Virus genome (UHGV): UHGV-1686243
Reading direction: 5' to 3' (one strand)
Origin: a virus
Length of the DNA: 24,442 nucleotides
Below, piece after piece: positions 24,222-24,442 of this stretch (positions within the stretch are counted from its first letter, which is position 1; every line of letters begins with the position of its first letter). Position numbers and translations under genes: made by a program. The notes below the pieces were generated by a model. The model saw only the letters and a program-made list of their open reading frames with translations, ran no database searches and was not told the DNA's origin.

Positions 24222-24343
24222 CAAGAAAGAAGCCGACTTGTGATCCCTTTCAGCGGGCATTTGAAAGTGAATCCAGCTCAGGCAGTCGGCTTCTTTCTTG
24301 TGTGAGATGTAGCGTATTTGCCCATCTTCGGGTGGGCTTTTTT
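24222..24343 (+). ncRNA. candidate small RNA: 17-bp perfect-stem hairpin followed by a UUCG-loop intrinsic terminator
   Basis: CAAGAAAGAAGCCGACT (24222-24238) and AGTCGGCTTCTTTCTTG (24284-24300) are perfect reverse complements. GCCCAUC-UUCG-GGUGGGC plus U6 lies at 24320-24343. No credible ORF. Confidence 0.25.
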
Positions 24344-24442
24344 AGGGTTTTCGTCATGGTTAGCGACTTTGCGGCGGTTTAGAACCCGACCATTAAAGTA
24401 AATGCAAACGATGATCTGATGATGGTAGCGGCCTAAGAAGCC

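Noticed and set aside
23722-24382. ORFs 23722-23919 (minus), 23920-24141 (minus) and 24125-24382 (plus) as protein-coding genes
   Set aside because: Each runs through long perfect inverted repeats, and the plus ORF runs through an intrinsic terminator. Translations are Arg/Pro/Ser-rich and low-complexity. The region is more plausibly structured noncoding RNA or regulatory DNA.
23580-24442. tRNA genes, which P1-like phages sometimes carry, in the ORF-poor 3' region
   Set aside because: No GTTCGAATC-type T-arm or cloverleaf-compatible arrangement was found by eye. tRNAscan-type software would be needed to exclude one formally.

Overview
The window reads as one mostly co-directional (+ strand) block from a P1-like tailed phage or phage-plasmid of an enterobacterial host. 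This is inferred from gene content and order; no database search was possible. In order: (1) the 3' part of a tail-fibre gene carrying a 120-bp tandem repeat array and a Gly-rich tip, then a tail-fibre assembly chaperone; (2) a decayed Cin/Gin/Hin-type serine invertase pseudogene on the opposite strand; (3) a holin-like gene and a membrane lysis-accessory gene; (4) a Dar-type (defence against restriction) cluster of capsid-internal proteins: an Hdf-like paralog, a DarA-like protein, a small ORF and a ParB-like protein; (5) portal-like and protease/scaffold-like genes; (6) a regulatory island: an HTH rep-like gene with internal palindromic repeats, a hairpin-dense leader, a 74-aa ORF translationally coupled to a Rha-type antirepressor, and a DUF2829-like small ORF; (7) a convergent CHAP-type peptidase; (8) a 2,278-aa N6-adenine methyltransferase / SF2-helicase fusion (DarB-like); (9) an accessory block of unknown-function genes including a VRR-NUC nuclease and a second DUF2829-like ORF; (10) about 0.8 kb of ORF-poor, hairpin-dense DNA ending in an intrinsic terminator. 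The best candidate for the system of interest is the two-part Dar-like anti-restriction locus, which is already described for P1 but is arranged differently here. The most novel-looking items are the two DUF2829-like candidate anti-Thoeris ORFs, the immI-like antisense/antirepressor module, and a GTGTTAGAAA(A) motif that recurs in intergenic regions. All family assignments rest on motifs read by eye and on recalled knowledge of P1, and need HMM or structure-based confirmation.
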